Notes: generated from the sequence alone by a model not told the origin. Positions 8,153-16,088 are shown, counted from the first letter of the stretch. The stretch is 32,000 nucleotides of DNA from Candidatus Saccharimonadota bacterium (GCA_003516025.1 CP023991.1:300001-332000); one strand, 5' to 3'. Program-made: numbers and translations.

Positions 8153-8665
8153 ATGAAGACATCAGTCCTAATTACTGCGGTGGCTGGCTCGGGAAAGTCC
8201 ACGACATGCAAAGCTTTGCAGCAGCTTGGTTACAATGCTTGCGATCTCGAGTCCATTTTAGGATTATATGAACTTGTTGATGAAAAGACCGAAAAAACAA
8301 TACCAGGCAATCTTGAGCAAATTCGTGACGGCGTGGATTGGCGTTGCAATAAAGTGAAGTTGCAGAGTTTACTAAATAATAGTGATGAAGAATTAACATT
8401 TTACTGTGGTGGTATGTCTAATACGGAAGAAATTTGGGACGTATTCGATAAAGTCATTGTATTAACAGTGAGTGATACGACAACCGTATTGCGCTTATCT
8501 AGTCGCCAAGCCGGTGAATTTGGTAGCACTCAAGAAAATAGGGATTGGGTACTGAGTTGGAAACATGGTTTTGAGCGACGATTACTTGAAGCGGGTGGTA
8601 TACCCGTAAGTGCTGAAGATGTTCCCGCAGAGGTTGCGAAATTGGTCGTGAAAGCAGCGTTATGA
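8153..8665 (+). CDS. P-loop NTPase / small-molecule kinase-like (AAA_18/33-type)
   Basis: 170 aa. Walker A AVAGSGKST at the N-terminus. Homologous in layout to the ORF at 12505-13035. Confidence 0.65.
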   Translation: MKTSVLITAVAGSGKSTTCKALQQLGYNACDLESILGLYELVDEKTEKTIPGNLEQIRDGVDWRCNKVKLQSLLNNSDEELTFYCGGMSNTEEIWDVFDKVIVLTVSDTTTVLRLSSRQAGEFGSTQENRDWVLSWKHGFERRLLEAGGIPVSAEDVPAEVAKLVVKAAL

Positions 8666-8937
8666 TTGATTATAATATATTAAATCGATTCCTTGACGAT
8701 CAGAATAGAGTTACTGTTTGGCCTGCAAAACCAGCCAACAAGTCACTTATTTTAGATTATCTTGTGACAAAATTTGAGATTAACAGAGTGTATAGAGAAA
8801 AAGAAGTTAACGAGATATTGAATGCTTGGCATACTTTTGAAGATTGGGCTGTTCTTCGGCGTGCATTAATAGACGAAGGTTATATGACTCGTGACATAAA
8901 TGGCTATGAGTATCAAGTTGCCGACATATCTGACTAA
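8662..8937 (+). CDS. DUF2087 domain protein
   Basis: 91 aa. ATGA start/stop overlap with the upstream gene. RFLDDQNRVTVWPAKPANKSLILDYL...YREKEVNEIL...DWAVLRRALIDEGYMTRD fits the DUF2087 pattern. Confidence 0.7.
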   Translation: MIDYNILNRFLDDQNRVTVWPAKPANKSLILDYLVTKFEINRVYREKEVNEILNAWHTFEDWAVLRRALIDEGYMTRDINGYEYQVADISD

Positions 8938-8965
8938 AAGATGAAACAGTACTATTGCAAAAAGT

Positions 8966-9388
8966 ATGTTAACATGTAATTATATTTTGATGACTGATTC
9001 CAGTGAGTCCAAAATAAAGAAAATTGAGCGAACTCTCGCATTAAATAATGCTGCCGACCAGCTCGGATTTGATGCTGATACACGACGGGCTATGACCCAT
9101 GTCGAAACATTGATTTCTGTTTTGGAGAAAGCTGGGATGACATGGGCGGATGTTCCTGACAACTTTACGCTCGAAAAAGCTATAGGCGAGTCCCCTGATG
9201 CTATGATGGTGCTTGAAACGGGACGAGCGCTTGACCCCGGGCTAGTGCTTGCCGAACAAGCTCAATATGACCCAGGGCTAAGAACTGCATTACTTGCTAA
9301 GTATGTGCAGTGTATCGAAGTTGCTTTACCTGGCGAGAGAATGACTGTAGAAGAAACACTGCAATCATTACTACAGCGGGAACCATAG
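8966..9388 (+). CDS. Hypothetical protein
   Basis: 140-aa ORF with an alternative ATG at 8990 (MTDSSESK...). No motif recognised. Confidence 0.45.
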   Translation: MLTCNYILMTDSSESKIKKIERTLALNNAADQLGFDADTRRAMTHVETLISVLEKAGMTWADVPDNFTLEKAIGESPDAMMVLETGRALDPGLVLAEQAQYDPGLRTALLAKYVQCIEVALPGERMTVEETLQSLLQREP

Positions 9389-9404
9389 GTGTAACTCCCA
9401 GCTC

Positions 9405-9509
9405 TTACTTAGTCTGTAAGTATTCCTCATAAGAAACCTCAAGTATTCTCCTCCATCGCATTAGTTCTTCTCTGATAAGGTGTAAACTTTTACCCCCTTG
9501 CTGCACCAA
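9405..9509 (-). pseudogene. Orphan 3' gene fragment (34 codons plus stop), copy 1
   Basis: Minus strand reads LVQQGGKSLHLIREELMRWRRILEVSYEEYLQTK*. An in-frame TAA lies 13 codons upstream of the homologous part, and there is no ATG or SD. It is paralogous to 10275-10379. Confidence 0.55.
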
Positions 9510-9512
9510 ATT
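9471..9512 (+). repeat. Island junction repeat, copy 1 (core TGCTGCACCAAATT at 9499-9512)
   Basis: TCTGATAAGGTGTAAACTTTTACCCCCTTGCTGCACCAAATT is nearly identical to 10341-10381. Confidence 0.8.
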
Positions 9513-9523
9513 GAATAATAGAG

Positions 9524-9555
9524 AAGACGCATTTTCGTGATGCGTCTTTTAATTT
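9524..9555 (+). terminator. Hairpin/terminator after junction repeat 1
   Basis: AAGACGCAT (9524-9532) / ATGCGTCTT (9540-9548), a 9-bp perfect stem, then TTTAATTT. Confidence 0.55.
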
Positions 9556-9616
9556 CAAGCCCATCTGTTATATAGGTGAGAGTACCGTGTAGTCGATGTC
9601 CTGTTATCATTACTAT

Positions 9617-10264
9617 ATGACCGATATTGAAGTAGATGTATTAGCGGAAGAACTATATAAATATGGACAGATGAAACAACTTCTTAAAAAAGCTGATGCC
9701 ATTGTTGCTTTAGGAAATATGGATTTGCGGTTGGCTACTAGGGCTGCCGAACTTTATCACGAAGGTTTAGCATCTACTGTCGTAGCATCTGGAGGCATAG
9801 GTAGGCTCACTCCGAAGGAATGGACAAACCCCGAAGCTGTTATTTTTGCGGAAGAACTATATAGATGTGGAATGCCTGGCGACAATGTTATCGTTGAAGT
9901 GAAATCTACTAACTTGCCAGAGAATATTCGACTGTCGCTGGAGTCACTCAATCATGCGGGACTAAAATCGGAACATTTGATACTTGTATCACTCCCGTTT
10001 GCTGAACGTAGAATTATGAGATTGTGCCAGAAACAATTCCCTCACGTCGTCATTCAAATTACATCGCCGAATATCTCTTATCAAGAATATGCCAATGATG
10101 CGATTAGTAGAGAAGAGTTAATAAACTTGATAGTAGGTGAGATAGATAGATTAGATAAATTTCCCTCCAAAGGGTTTAGTATGCCCGAGCAAATACCAGA
10201 AGTAGTACTGGGTGCAATGAATAAGCTAATGAATGTTGGCTTCGATAAGTACAAGGTAGTGTGA
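9617..10264 (+). CDS. YdcF/DUF218 family protein
   Basis: ATG at 9617 within ORF 9596-10264. VALGNMDLRLATRAAELYHEGLASTVVASGGIG matches the DUF218 (ElyC/SanA/YdcF) core. Confidence 0.7.
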   Translation: MTDIEVDVLAEELYKYGQMKQLLKKADAIVALGNMDLRLATRAAELYHEGLASTVVASGGIGRLTPKEWTNPEAVIFAEELYRCGMPGDNVIVEVKSTNLPENIRLSLESLNHAGLKSEHLILVSLPFAERRIMRLCQKQFPHVVIQITSPNISYQEYANDAISREELINLIVGEIDRLDKFPSKGFSMPEQIPEVVLGAMNKLMNVGFDKYKVV

Positions 10265-10274
10265 CTCTCTGCAT

Positions 10275-10379
10275 TCATTTAGTTAGCAAATACTCTTGAT
10301 ACGGTACATCTAGTATTTCTCTCAAACGAGCCATCTCATCTTTGATAATGTGTAAACTTTTACCCACTTGCTGCACCAA
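10275..10379 (-). pseudogene. Orphan 3' gene fragment (34 codons plus stop), copy 2
   Basis: Minus strand reads LVQQVGKSLHIIKDEMARLREILDVPYQEYLLTK*. It is immediately preceded by an in-frame TAA. 22/34 residues are identical to copy 1, with mostly conservative differences. Confidence 0.55.
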
Positions 10380-10381
10380 TT
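10341..10381 (+). repeat. Island junction repeat, copy 2 (core TGCTGCACCAATT at 10369-10381)
   Basis: TTTGATAATGTGTAAACTTTTACCCACTTGCTGCACCAATT. Confidence 0.8.
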
Positions 10382-10419
10382 AGAACCAAACGATTTTGGA
10401 ACAGCATTGTTTCTAACTG

Positions 10420-10445
10420 AAAGACCCTATTAGGGTCTTTTTTCT
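10420..10445 (+). terminator. Rho-independent terminator after junction repeat 2
   Basis: AAAGACCCT / AGGGTCTTT stem followed by a T-run. Confidence 0.7.
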
Positions 10446-10473
10446 TGACGTGAGCAGTAAAACACATTATATT
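10445..10473 (+). promoter_or_regulatory. Near-consensus sigma70 promoter positioned for a leaderless arsR mRNA
   Basis: TTGACG (10445-10450), 17-nt spacer, TATATT (10468-10473), then 7 nt to the ATG at 10481. No SD. Confidence 0.55.
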
Positions 10474-10480
10474 CAACCAC

Positions 10481-10804
10481 ATGGTTGAAGAATCATTAAA
10501 TTATAACAATGTGTTTCACGCACTTGCCGACGAAACTCGTCGAGATATTTTGTTGCAGCTGAATTCTGGTGAGAAAACAATTACTGAAATTGCAAAGAAG
10601 TATTCAATGAGTTTTGCTGCTATTGCAAAACACCTAAATGTACTAGAAGCAGCGGCATTAATTTTCAAAAGGAAACAAGGTCGACTTCAAGTCATTTCAC
10701 CCAATCCGCAAACGGTAGCCGATATTACAGAGTATTTGAAGCAATACGAAGTTATGTGGGATAAACGGTTTAATAATCTAGAAAACATACTAAAGGAGAA
10801 CTAA
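10481..10804 (+). CDS. ArsR/SmtB family transcriptional regulator
   Basis: 107 aa. FHALADETRRDILLQL...KTITEIAKKYSMSFAAIAKHLNVLEAAALI. Confidence 0.85.
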   Translation: MVEESLNYNNVFHALADETRRDILLQLNSGEKTITEIAKKYSMSFAAIAKHLNVLEAAALIFKRKQGRLQVISPNPQTVADITEYLKQYEVMWDKRFNNLENILKEN

Positions 10805-11301
10805 TGAACGAAACAGTACTTACACACGAAGGCACTAAGTTAACAATTGAGCGAGTCATTAATGCCCCTAAAGATAAAGTTTGGGAAGCATACGCTGACG
10901 CGGATGTATTCGCTAAGTGGTACTCAACAGACGGCTGGACGACACGAGTAAAGCACTTTGACTTTAGTGCGGGCGGTTATACGCTTTTCGCAATGAAGTG
11001 CGAGGATGAAAGTCAAGAAATGTTTGGACAAGAGAGTTGGAACAAGTCGGAGTTCAGTACCGTTATTCCTAAAGACGTATTCACCTATAAGGATAGCTTT
11101 TCAGATGAAGACGGCAACTTAAACGAGAATATGCCAAGCACTGAAGTAACGGTCACTTTAGAAGAAACGGGTGATGCAACAAAGATCACATCGGTGAGTA
11201 TATTCGGTTCAGAAGCTGGACTTCAGCAAGCCTTAGCAATGGGTATGGAAGAAGGTGTTAAGCAGACCTTTAACAAGTTAGCGAATGTTGTAGAACAATA
11301 A
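10804..11301 (+). CDS. SRPBCC (Aha1/AHSA1-like) domain protein
   Basis: 165 aa. AAGGAG SD, and the start overlaps the arsR stop. INAPKDKVWEAYADADVFAKWY... is typical of the ArsR-linked SRPBCC partner. Confidence 0.7.
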   Translation: MNETVLTHEGTKLTIERVINAPKDKVWEAYADADVFAKWYSTDGWTTRVKHFDFSAGGYTLFAMKCEDESQEMFGQESWNKSEFSTVIPKDVFTYKDSFSDEDGNLNENMPSTEVTVTLEETGDATKITSVSIFGSEAGLQQALAMGMEEGVKQTFNKLANVVEQ

Positions 11302-11409
11302 GCTCTGAATGACTTTAGGTAATTAGACTCGGCATAGGTTAAACTGATTTACCATTTTTTAACTTATGCGAGTCTACATTGCCATTAGCGGTTAGAAATA
11401 CGCCGGCTA

Positions 11410-11422
11410 TGCTGCACCATTT
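11410..11422 (+). repeat. Island junction core, copy 3 (TGCTGCACCATTT)
   Basis: 12/13 match to the core of copy 2, at the same offset between genes. Confidence 0.55.
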
Positions 11423-11508
11423 CTGTGTAACATGAAAAACCTCTAACAGTGCTTTTTTTGTTTGCTAAAATAGAAATGAAACTAATTCTTATTAAGGGAA
11501 TAATCTAA

Positions 11509-11946
11509 ATGGCAACTATCAATCCTTACATTAACTTCAACGGAAATGCCGAAGAAGCATTCAATTTTTACAAATCCGTGTTTGGGGGCGAGTTTGAAAC
11601 GATTATACGCTTCAAAGATCTTGAAAGCGCTGAGTTCCCTGTACCTGAAAACGAAGCAAATAAAATCATGCGTATTGTTTTGCCGATCGGTGAAAATACT
11701 TTAATGGCCAATGATGTTCCTGAAAGTCTGGGTCCAGTAAATGAAAATGAAAACCGGTCCAAGATAGCGATTACTACAGAAACCAAAGAAGAAGCCGATA
11801 AGCTATTCAGAGGTCTTTCAGAAGGGGGCGCCATTGAAATGCCTATGGCGGAGAGCCCCTGGGGTACCTATTTTGCTATGTTTAGAGATAAGTACGGTAT
11901 CGAATGGACAGTAGAATTTGACTCAAATGGAGATGGGCAAGCATAG
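11509..11946 (+). CDS. VOC/glyoxalase superfamily protein (PhnB-like)
   Basis: 145 aa. INPYINFNGNAEEAFNFYKSVFGGEF...MANDVPE...PWGTYFAMFRDKYGIEWTV. Confidence 0.8.
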   Translation: MATINPYINFNGNAEEAFNFYKSVFGGEFETIIRFKDLESAEFPVPENEANKIMRIVLPIGENTLMANDVPESLGPVNENENRSKIAITTETKEEADKLFRGLSEGGAIEMPMAESPWGTYFAMFRDKYGIEWTVEFDSNGDGQA

Positions 11947-12044
11947 CTCGTCAAAGGCGATCCTAACTTCATTAAGAATGCCCAGCATTTGGCGGCTCTA
12001 ACCGTACGCAGCACCTCTGAATAAAGCTACACTTTTATTAATGA

Positions 12045-12057
12045 TGCTGCGCCAATT
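12045..12057 (+). repeat. Island junction core, copy 4 (TGCTGCGCCAATT)
   Basis: 12/13 match to copy 2. The upstream CTACACTTTTAT resembles GTAAACTTTTAC of copies 1 and 2. Confidence 0.55.
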
Positions 12058-12069
12058 TTGAGTATTATA

Positions 12070-12097
12070 AAGGGCTTCATGGAAGTCCTTTTGTTTA
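12070..12097 (+). terminator. Hairpin/terminator after junction core 4
   Basis: AAGGGCTTC / GAAGTCCTT (one G-T pair) then TTTTGTTT. Confidence 0.5.
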
Positions 12098-12141
12098 TTT
12101 CCTCTTTCATGTAATACTGGATTGTAATAACCAAAAGCAAA

Positions 12142-12441
12142 ATGCCAAATAGAAGCTATCATTTCCACATTACCAAAAAAGACGAAAAGCGCCTGATAAA
12201 CCGCGTCTGTTCTGTTTTTGCCGTACTAATGCCACTCACCGCATTACCCCAGGTATGGCTTCTGTATTCAACGAAAGAGACAGCGGGGTTGTCTCTGGCG
12301 ATGTGGATATTGTACTGCGTCGGGTGTGTTCCTTTTCTGCTGTTTGGATATATATACAAACATACGCAGTTAATCGTTTTAAATATTATGTGGCTAATCG
12401 TGCAGGCAATTATGATTGCCGGCATCATCATGTACTCCTAA
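12142..12441 (+). CDS. PQ-loop / SemiSWEET-like 3-TM membrane protein
   Basis: 99 aa with three hydrophobic helices. LTALPQVWLLYSTKETAGLSL carries the PQ motif at the expected position. Confidence 0.65.
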   Translation: MPNRSYHFHITKKDEKRLINRVCSVFAVLMPLTALPQVWLLYSTKETAGLSLAMWILYCVGCVPFLLFGYIYKHTQLIVLNIMWLIVQAIMIAGIIMYS

Positions 12442-12504
12442 AAATTACCTGACGCCGAAAATAAAATTTCTTGGGCTGTCTTCTTGTTTTGTTATCATGC
12501 TCTT

Positions 12505-13035
12505 ATGGCATTATTCTTTATCACTGGAATTGCAGGCACCGGAAAGTCAGAACTGGCCTTAGGGCTGAGAGCGCGCGGTTATGAAGCATATGACACTGAT
12601 GACGATGCCCTCGCGCGGTGGCAAAACGTCGCGACCGGCTATATTTATCCTAAATCGTCCGTTAAACCAGGGCAGCGTACCCAGGAATTTTTAAATCAGC
12701 ATAAGTGGAATGTGCCGCGTGAATACGTAGAAGAGCTGGCATTGAAAGCGGAAAGTCACCCTGTTTTTATGTGTGGCACCGCGAATAATATTGATGAGCT
12801 GAGAGACCTGTTTAACGTGGTATTCGCACTAACGATTGATGACGACACATTGAAAACCAGGTTGGCCTCGCGCACTAATAACGACTGGGGCAAGCAACCA
12901 CAGGAACTGGCACAGACCCTCGCTCAGCAAAAAGACGCCATTCAAACATATAACAGCTCGGGGTATACCTTAATTGATGCCTGCCAGCCTCGGGATACGG
13001 TAATTGATAACATACTTACTAAAGTTACGGGTTAG
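12505..13035 (+). CDS. P-loop NTPase / kinase-like (paralogue of 8153-8665)
   Basis: The track start at 12484 is TTG. ATG at 12505 gives MALFFITGIAGTGKSELA (Walker A). It shares FxCG..N...L.D.F..V..LT.DD.TL..RL.SR with the island copy. Confidence 0.65.
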   Translation: MALFFITGIAGTGKSELALGLRARGYEAYDTDDDALARWQNVATGYIYPKSSVKPGQRTQEFLNQHKWNVPREYVEELALKAESHPVFMCGTANNIDELRDLFNVVFALTIDDDTLKTRLASRTNNDWGKQPQELAQTLAQQKDAIQTYNSSGYTLIDACQPRDTVIDNILTKVTG

Positions 13036-13143
13036 CTTTCGCAGATACGGAATATTTTTGGTGTAAGTTTACTGTGTTGATTTAGACGTTGAGCCGGCAG
13101 AATCTTCAATTACATATTTGCGCAACCAGAGTAGTATAGAGGG

Positions 13144-13827
13144 ATGGTTCAAAGCACTCCTCACGTAATAATTTACTCGCACGGTTTCGGCGTGCGCAAG
13201 AACGGCCGTGGCCTATTTACGGAAATTGCCGCAGCGTTGTCCGGCGCTCAGAACGTTATGTTCGACTACAGTCCCATTAACGAGGAAGCTAACACGCTCA
13301 CGATGAAGCCGCTACAGGATCAGGCATTGAAACTCCGTAAAGTCATCAATGCCGTCAGGGCCGAACACCCGGACGCCGTCATTGATTTGGTATGTCACTC
13401 ACAGGGGTGTGTTGTTGCGGGGTTGGTGAAACCTCGTGGTATACGCAAGGTTATCATGCTCGCTCCTCCGGAAGATTTCAGCGAAGCGGCAGTCGTGGCG
13501 TGGCTTAATAAAAAGAACGGCGTAAACATTGATGTATCCGTACGGACACGTTTAACGAGTGCTAGCGGCAGTACAACGGTTATCCATCCTGAATACTGGC
13601 AAAGTCTGGCTGGTATAAATACGGTGAAGTTGTATAACCGTCTGGCGCGGTTTACCAAGTTGCGGATCATACATGCCCGCCAAGATGAAGTGCACGGGAC
13701 AGCCGCATCTGCGGCGCTTGACCCGCTCATTTCGCTCGTGACGCTGGACGGCAACCATAACTTTAGCGACCCTGAAGACCGTAAACGCCTCCTGTATATT
13801 CTGCAAAAAGAGTTAACTATAGAGTGA
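13144..13827 (+). CDS. Alpha/beta hydrolase
   Basis: 227 aa. VIIYSHGFG, nucleophile elbow VCHSQGC, C-terminal His (DGNHNF). Confidence 0.7.
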   Translation: MVQSTPHVIIYSHGFGVRKNGRGLFTEIAAALSGAQNVMFDYSPINEEANTLTMKPLQDQALKLRKVINAVRAEHPDAVIDLVCHSQGCVVAGLVKPRGIRKVIMLAPPEDFSEAAVVAWLNKKNGVNIDVSVRTRLTSASGSTTVIHPEYWQSLAGINTVKLYNRLARFTKLRIIHARQDEVHGTAASAALDPLISLVTLDGNHNFSDPEDRKRLLYILQKELTIE

Positions 13828-13868
13828 GTTCTTACCGGCCATCTTTCGTATGTGTTATTTCTTATTGT

Positions 13869-13884
13869 CTTAAAGTACTTTAAG
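13869..13884. promoter_or_regulatory. Perfect 16-bp palindrome upstream of the alcohol dehydrogenase gene
   Basis: CTTAAAGT|ACTTTAAG, 47 nt before the ATG at 13932. A second 5-4-5 palindrome ACAGT-ACAA-ACTGT follows at about 13905-13918. Confidence 0.4.
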
Positions 13885-13931
13885 TAACTACACTAGATAT
13901 AGTCACAGTACAAACTGTAAAGGAGTCAAAC

Positions 13932-14981
13932 ATGATAGAAGCAAAAGCACGCGCGGTATTTAGCGTTGATAGCCCCTTTGAAAAAACGACAATTGAACGG
14001 CGCGACGTTGGACCGAAAGACGTTCTAATTGATATTAAATTCGCGGGTATTTGCCACTCAGACCTCCATACTGCCCGCCAAGAGTGGGGCAGTATTGAAT
14101 ATCCGATTACACCCGGCCATGAGATTGCCGGCATCGTAGCGGAAGTCGGCCCGGAAGTTACGAAGTATAAAGTTGGCGATCGGGTAGGCGTGGGCTGTAT
14201 GGTTGATTCATGCGGCGAGTGCGAATATTGCTTGCGCGGCGACGAGCAGTTCTGTGTTAAAGGCAATGTGCAAACCTACAATGATACGAACCGGTTTGGC
14301 GATGGCCGGCCTACTCAGGGTGGCTACTCATCTCGTATTGTGGTTACGGAAAGCTTCGTACTCTCAATTCCCGAGGCTATCGAACTGGATCAGGCAGCTC
14401 CGCTTTTATGCGCCGGTATCACCACTTACTCGCCACTGCGCCACTGGAATGCTGGTCCAGGTAAAAAAGTAGCGGTTGTTGGCCTGGGCGGCCTCGGACA
14501 CATGGCCGTTAAAATCGCTCACGCCATGGGTGCTAATGTTACGGTACTTTCTCGTTCAGAAGGCAAGCGTGAAGATAGCTTGAAGCTTGGCGCGGACACA
14601 TACGTAAATACCAGTGACGAAGGAGCGCTTAAAAAGTTAGCTGGTACGTTTGACCTGATCATTAACACTGTCAGCAGCGCTCAAATGGATATCAGTTCCT
14701 ACCTGCAGACGTTGAGGGTTGACGGTACGTTAGTAAACGTTGGCGCGCCGGCAGAACCTATCTCCGTAAATGTTTTCGCGCTCATAGCAGGCCGTCATTC
14801 ATTCGCGGGTTCTATGATCGGGGGCATAAAGGAAACGCAGGAAATGATCGACTTCTGCGCGGAGCACGGCTTAGGCGCAGAGATCGAAGTAATCTCTGCG
14901 GACGAAATTGATACGGCGTATGAGCGAGTTTTAAATTCCGATGTCCGGTACCGGTTTGTGATTGACAACTCGACTCTCTAG
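13932..14981 (+). CDS. Zinc-type NAD(P)-dependent alcohol dehydrogenase (cinnamyl-alcohol DH / YahK-like)
   Basis: 349 aa. [16 protein letters not shown], structural-zinc CGECEYC...C, GLGGLGH dinucleotide fold. Confidence 0.9.
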   Translation: MIEAKARAVFSVDSPFEKTTIERRDVGPKDVLIDIKFAGICHSDLHTARQEWGSIEYPITPGHEIAGIVAEVGPEVTKYKVGDRVGVGCMVDSCGECEYCLRGDEQFCVKGNVQTYNDTNRFGDGRPTQGGYSSRIVVTESFVLSIPEAIELDQAAPLLCAGITTYSPLRHWNAGPGKKVAVVGLGGLGHMAVKIAHAMGANVTVLSRSEGKREDSLKLGADTYVNTSDEGALKKLAGTFDLIINTVSSAQMDISSYLQTLRVDGTLVNVGAPAEPISVNVFALIAGRHSFAGSMIGGIKETQEMIDFCAEHGLGAEIEVISADEIDTAYERVLNSDVRYRFVIDNSTL

Positions 14982-15039
14982 TGTGGACTGGCATTATATG
15001 TACGAAACAGCAGATGCTTAAGTTATAATTGGCGTAAGC

Positions 15040-15591
15040 ATGATAAAACCAAAACTTAAAATTCTTCTATCAGTCTACTTGTTTAGCCAAATCGGCTTCT
15101 ACATTTTCGCGCCACTCTACGCCTTGTTTGCTCAGGGCCTGGATATGGAGCCGAAGGACATCGCCCTGCTTTGGAGTTATTACTCATTGACCATGGCGGT
15201 GTTCATATTGATCTTTGGTAAGCTTGAAAACAAACGAAAAAAAGAAAAGTTTCTGGCATTCGGCATGCTGCTGTTCCCAATCGCCGATCTCCTGTTTTTG
15301 GGAGTCCATACGCAGCTGGCGTTAGCGGGAGTATTGACGATAAACGCGCTGGGCGGCGGCATAACCATTCCGGCGATAAAGACACTATTCGCGAAAAACG
15401 AAAACCGGGGAAGGGAAAGTGAAGAGTGGTCTTGGATGGACAGTGGTAATATGTTTTCGTCTGCGATCGGCGCGGGCATCGGTGGGCTTATTCTGAGCCT
15501 GGATGGTTTCCGCGGCTTATTTTTGACCATGGCTGCCGTACAGTTTCTAGCCTTTGTGCTGGCGCTAAAATCCATAACGGTCAGGCGCTAA
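15040..15591 (+). CDS. Half-size MFS-like membrane protein (about 6 TM)
   Basis: 183 aa. It resembles one six-helix half of an MFS transporter (FAPLYALF..., GKLENKRKKEKFLAFG, GGGITIPAIKTLF). TATAAT at 15024-15029 lies only 10 nt from the ATG. Confidence 0.5.
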   Translation: MIKPKLKILLSVYLFSQIGFYIFAPLYALFAQGLDMEPKDIALLWSYYSLTMAVFILIFGKLENKRKKEKFLAFGMLLFPIADLLFLGVHTQLALAGVLTINALGGGITIPAIKTLFAKNENRGRESEEWSWMDSGNMFSSAIGAGIGGLILSLDGFRGLFLTMAAVQFLAFVLALKSITVRR

Positions 15592-15650
15592 TAGTCCATA
15601 TCGCGAATAGCGCTGTTTAAGCCAGCTTGTTATTTGCTATGATTATCAGT

Positions 15651-16088
15651 ATGAAGACAACCTATGAAACGGTGGTTATAGGCCATGGCAAACATGCCGC
15701 TATCGAAATACCGGCCAAAAACCTTACTGAGATCGGTGGCAATAAGCGGGCGCCATTGAAAATTACTATTAATGGCTACACTTATCAGAGCACGGCAACG
15801 GGAGTGGACGGCACATGTATGGTCGTATTCCCCTCGCGCGACCGCGAAGCCTCGGGTGCCGTAGCGGGAGATCGCATAACAGTCACGCTGGAGCTGGACG
15901 ATGGCTATAGGCACGTGGATGTGCCGCCTGAGCTCAGTGAGGCTCTAACCGCGAGCGGCCTCAGTGAAACATTCCATAATCTTGCCTATTCCAAGCGCAA
16001 AGAGTTCGCCCGGCAAGTGCATGAAGCCAAAGCGGAAGAAACGAAGCTACGCCGGATCGAAAAGGTAATCGATCAGCTTAAACAGTAA
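15651..16088 (+). CDS. DUF1905 / YdeI-type (OmpD-associated) family protein
   Basis: The track start at 15627 is TTG. ATGs occur at 15639 and 15651. ...AAIEIPAKNLTEIGGNKRAPLKITINGYTYQST... and C-terminal FHNLAYSKRKEFARQVHEAKAEETKLRRIEKVIDQL. Confidence 0.7.
   Translation: MKTTYETVVIGHGKHAAIEIPAKNLTEIGGNKRAPLKITINGYTYQSTATGVDGTCMVVFPSRDREASGAVAGDRITVTLELDDGYRHVDVPPELSEALTASGLSETFHNLAYSKRKEFARQVHEAKAEETKLRRIEKVIDQLKQ

Larger units (their letters stand above)
8095..12480. mobile_element. Putative tRNA-Gly-associated accessory island built of cassette-like modules (no recombinase in window)
   Basis: It starts at the tRNA-Gly 3' end and is visibly more AT-rich than the flanks (by eye, not computed). 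Cargo is miscellaneous accessory genes. Four intergenic spacers of 195-228 nt each carry the core TGCTGCACCAAtt at a similar offset. Confidence 0.45.

Noticed and set aside
9471-12057. Interpreting the island junction repeats as degenerate tRNA 3' halves or as integron attC sites.
   Set aside because: No T-arm can be folded upstream of ...GCTGCACCA, and only GCACCAA is shared with tRNA-Gly. No RYYYAAC/GTTRRRY core pair or attC-like imperfect palindrome was found. The tRNA link is kept only as a weak note in the island finding.
12159-12452. Overlapping ORFs 12159-12431 (minus strand) and 12255-12452 (plus strand) inside the SemiSWEET-like gene.
   Set aside because: The 12142-12441 frame gives three clean TM helices with a PQ motif. 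The alternative frames give no coherent features.
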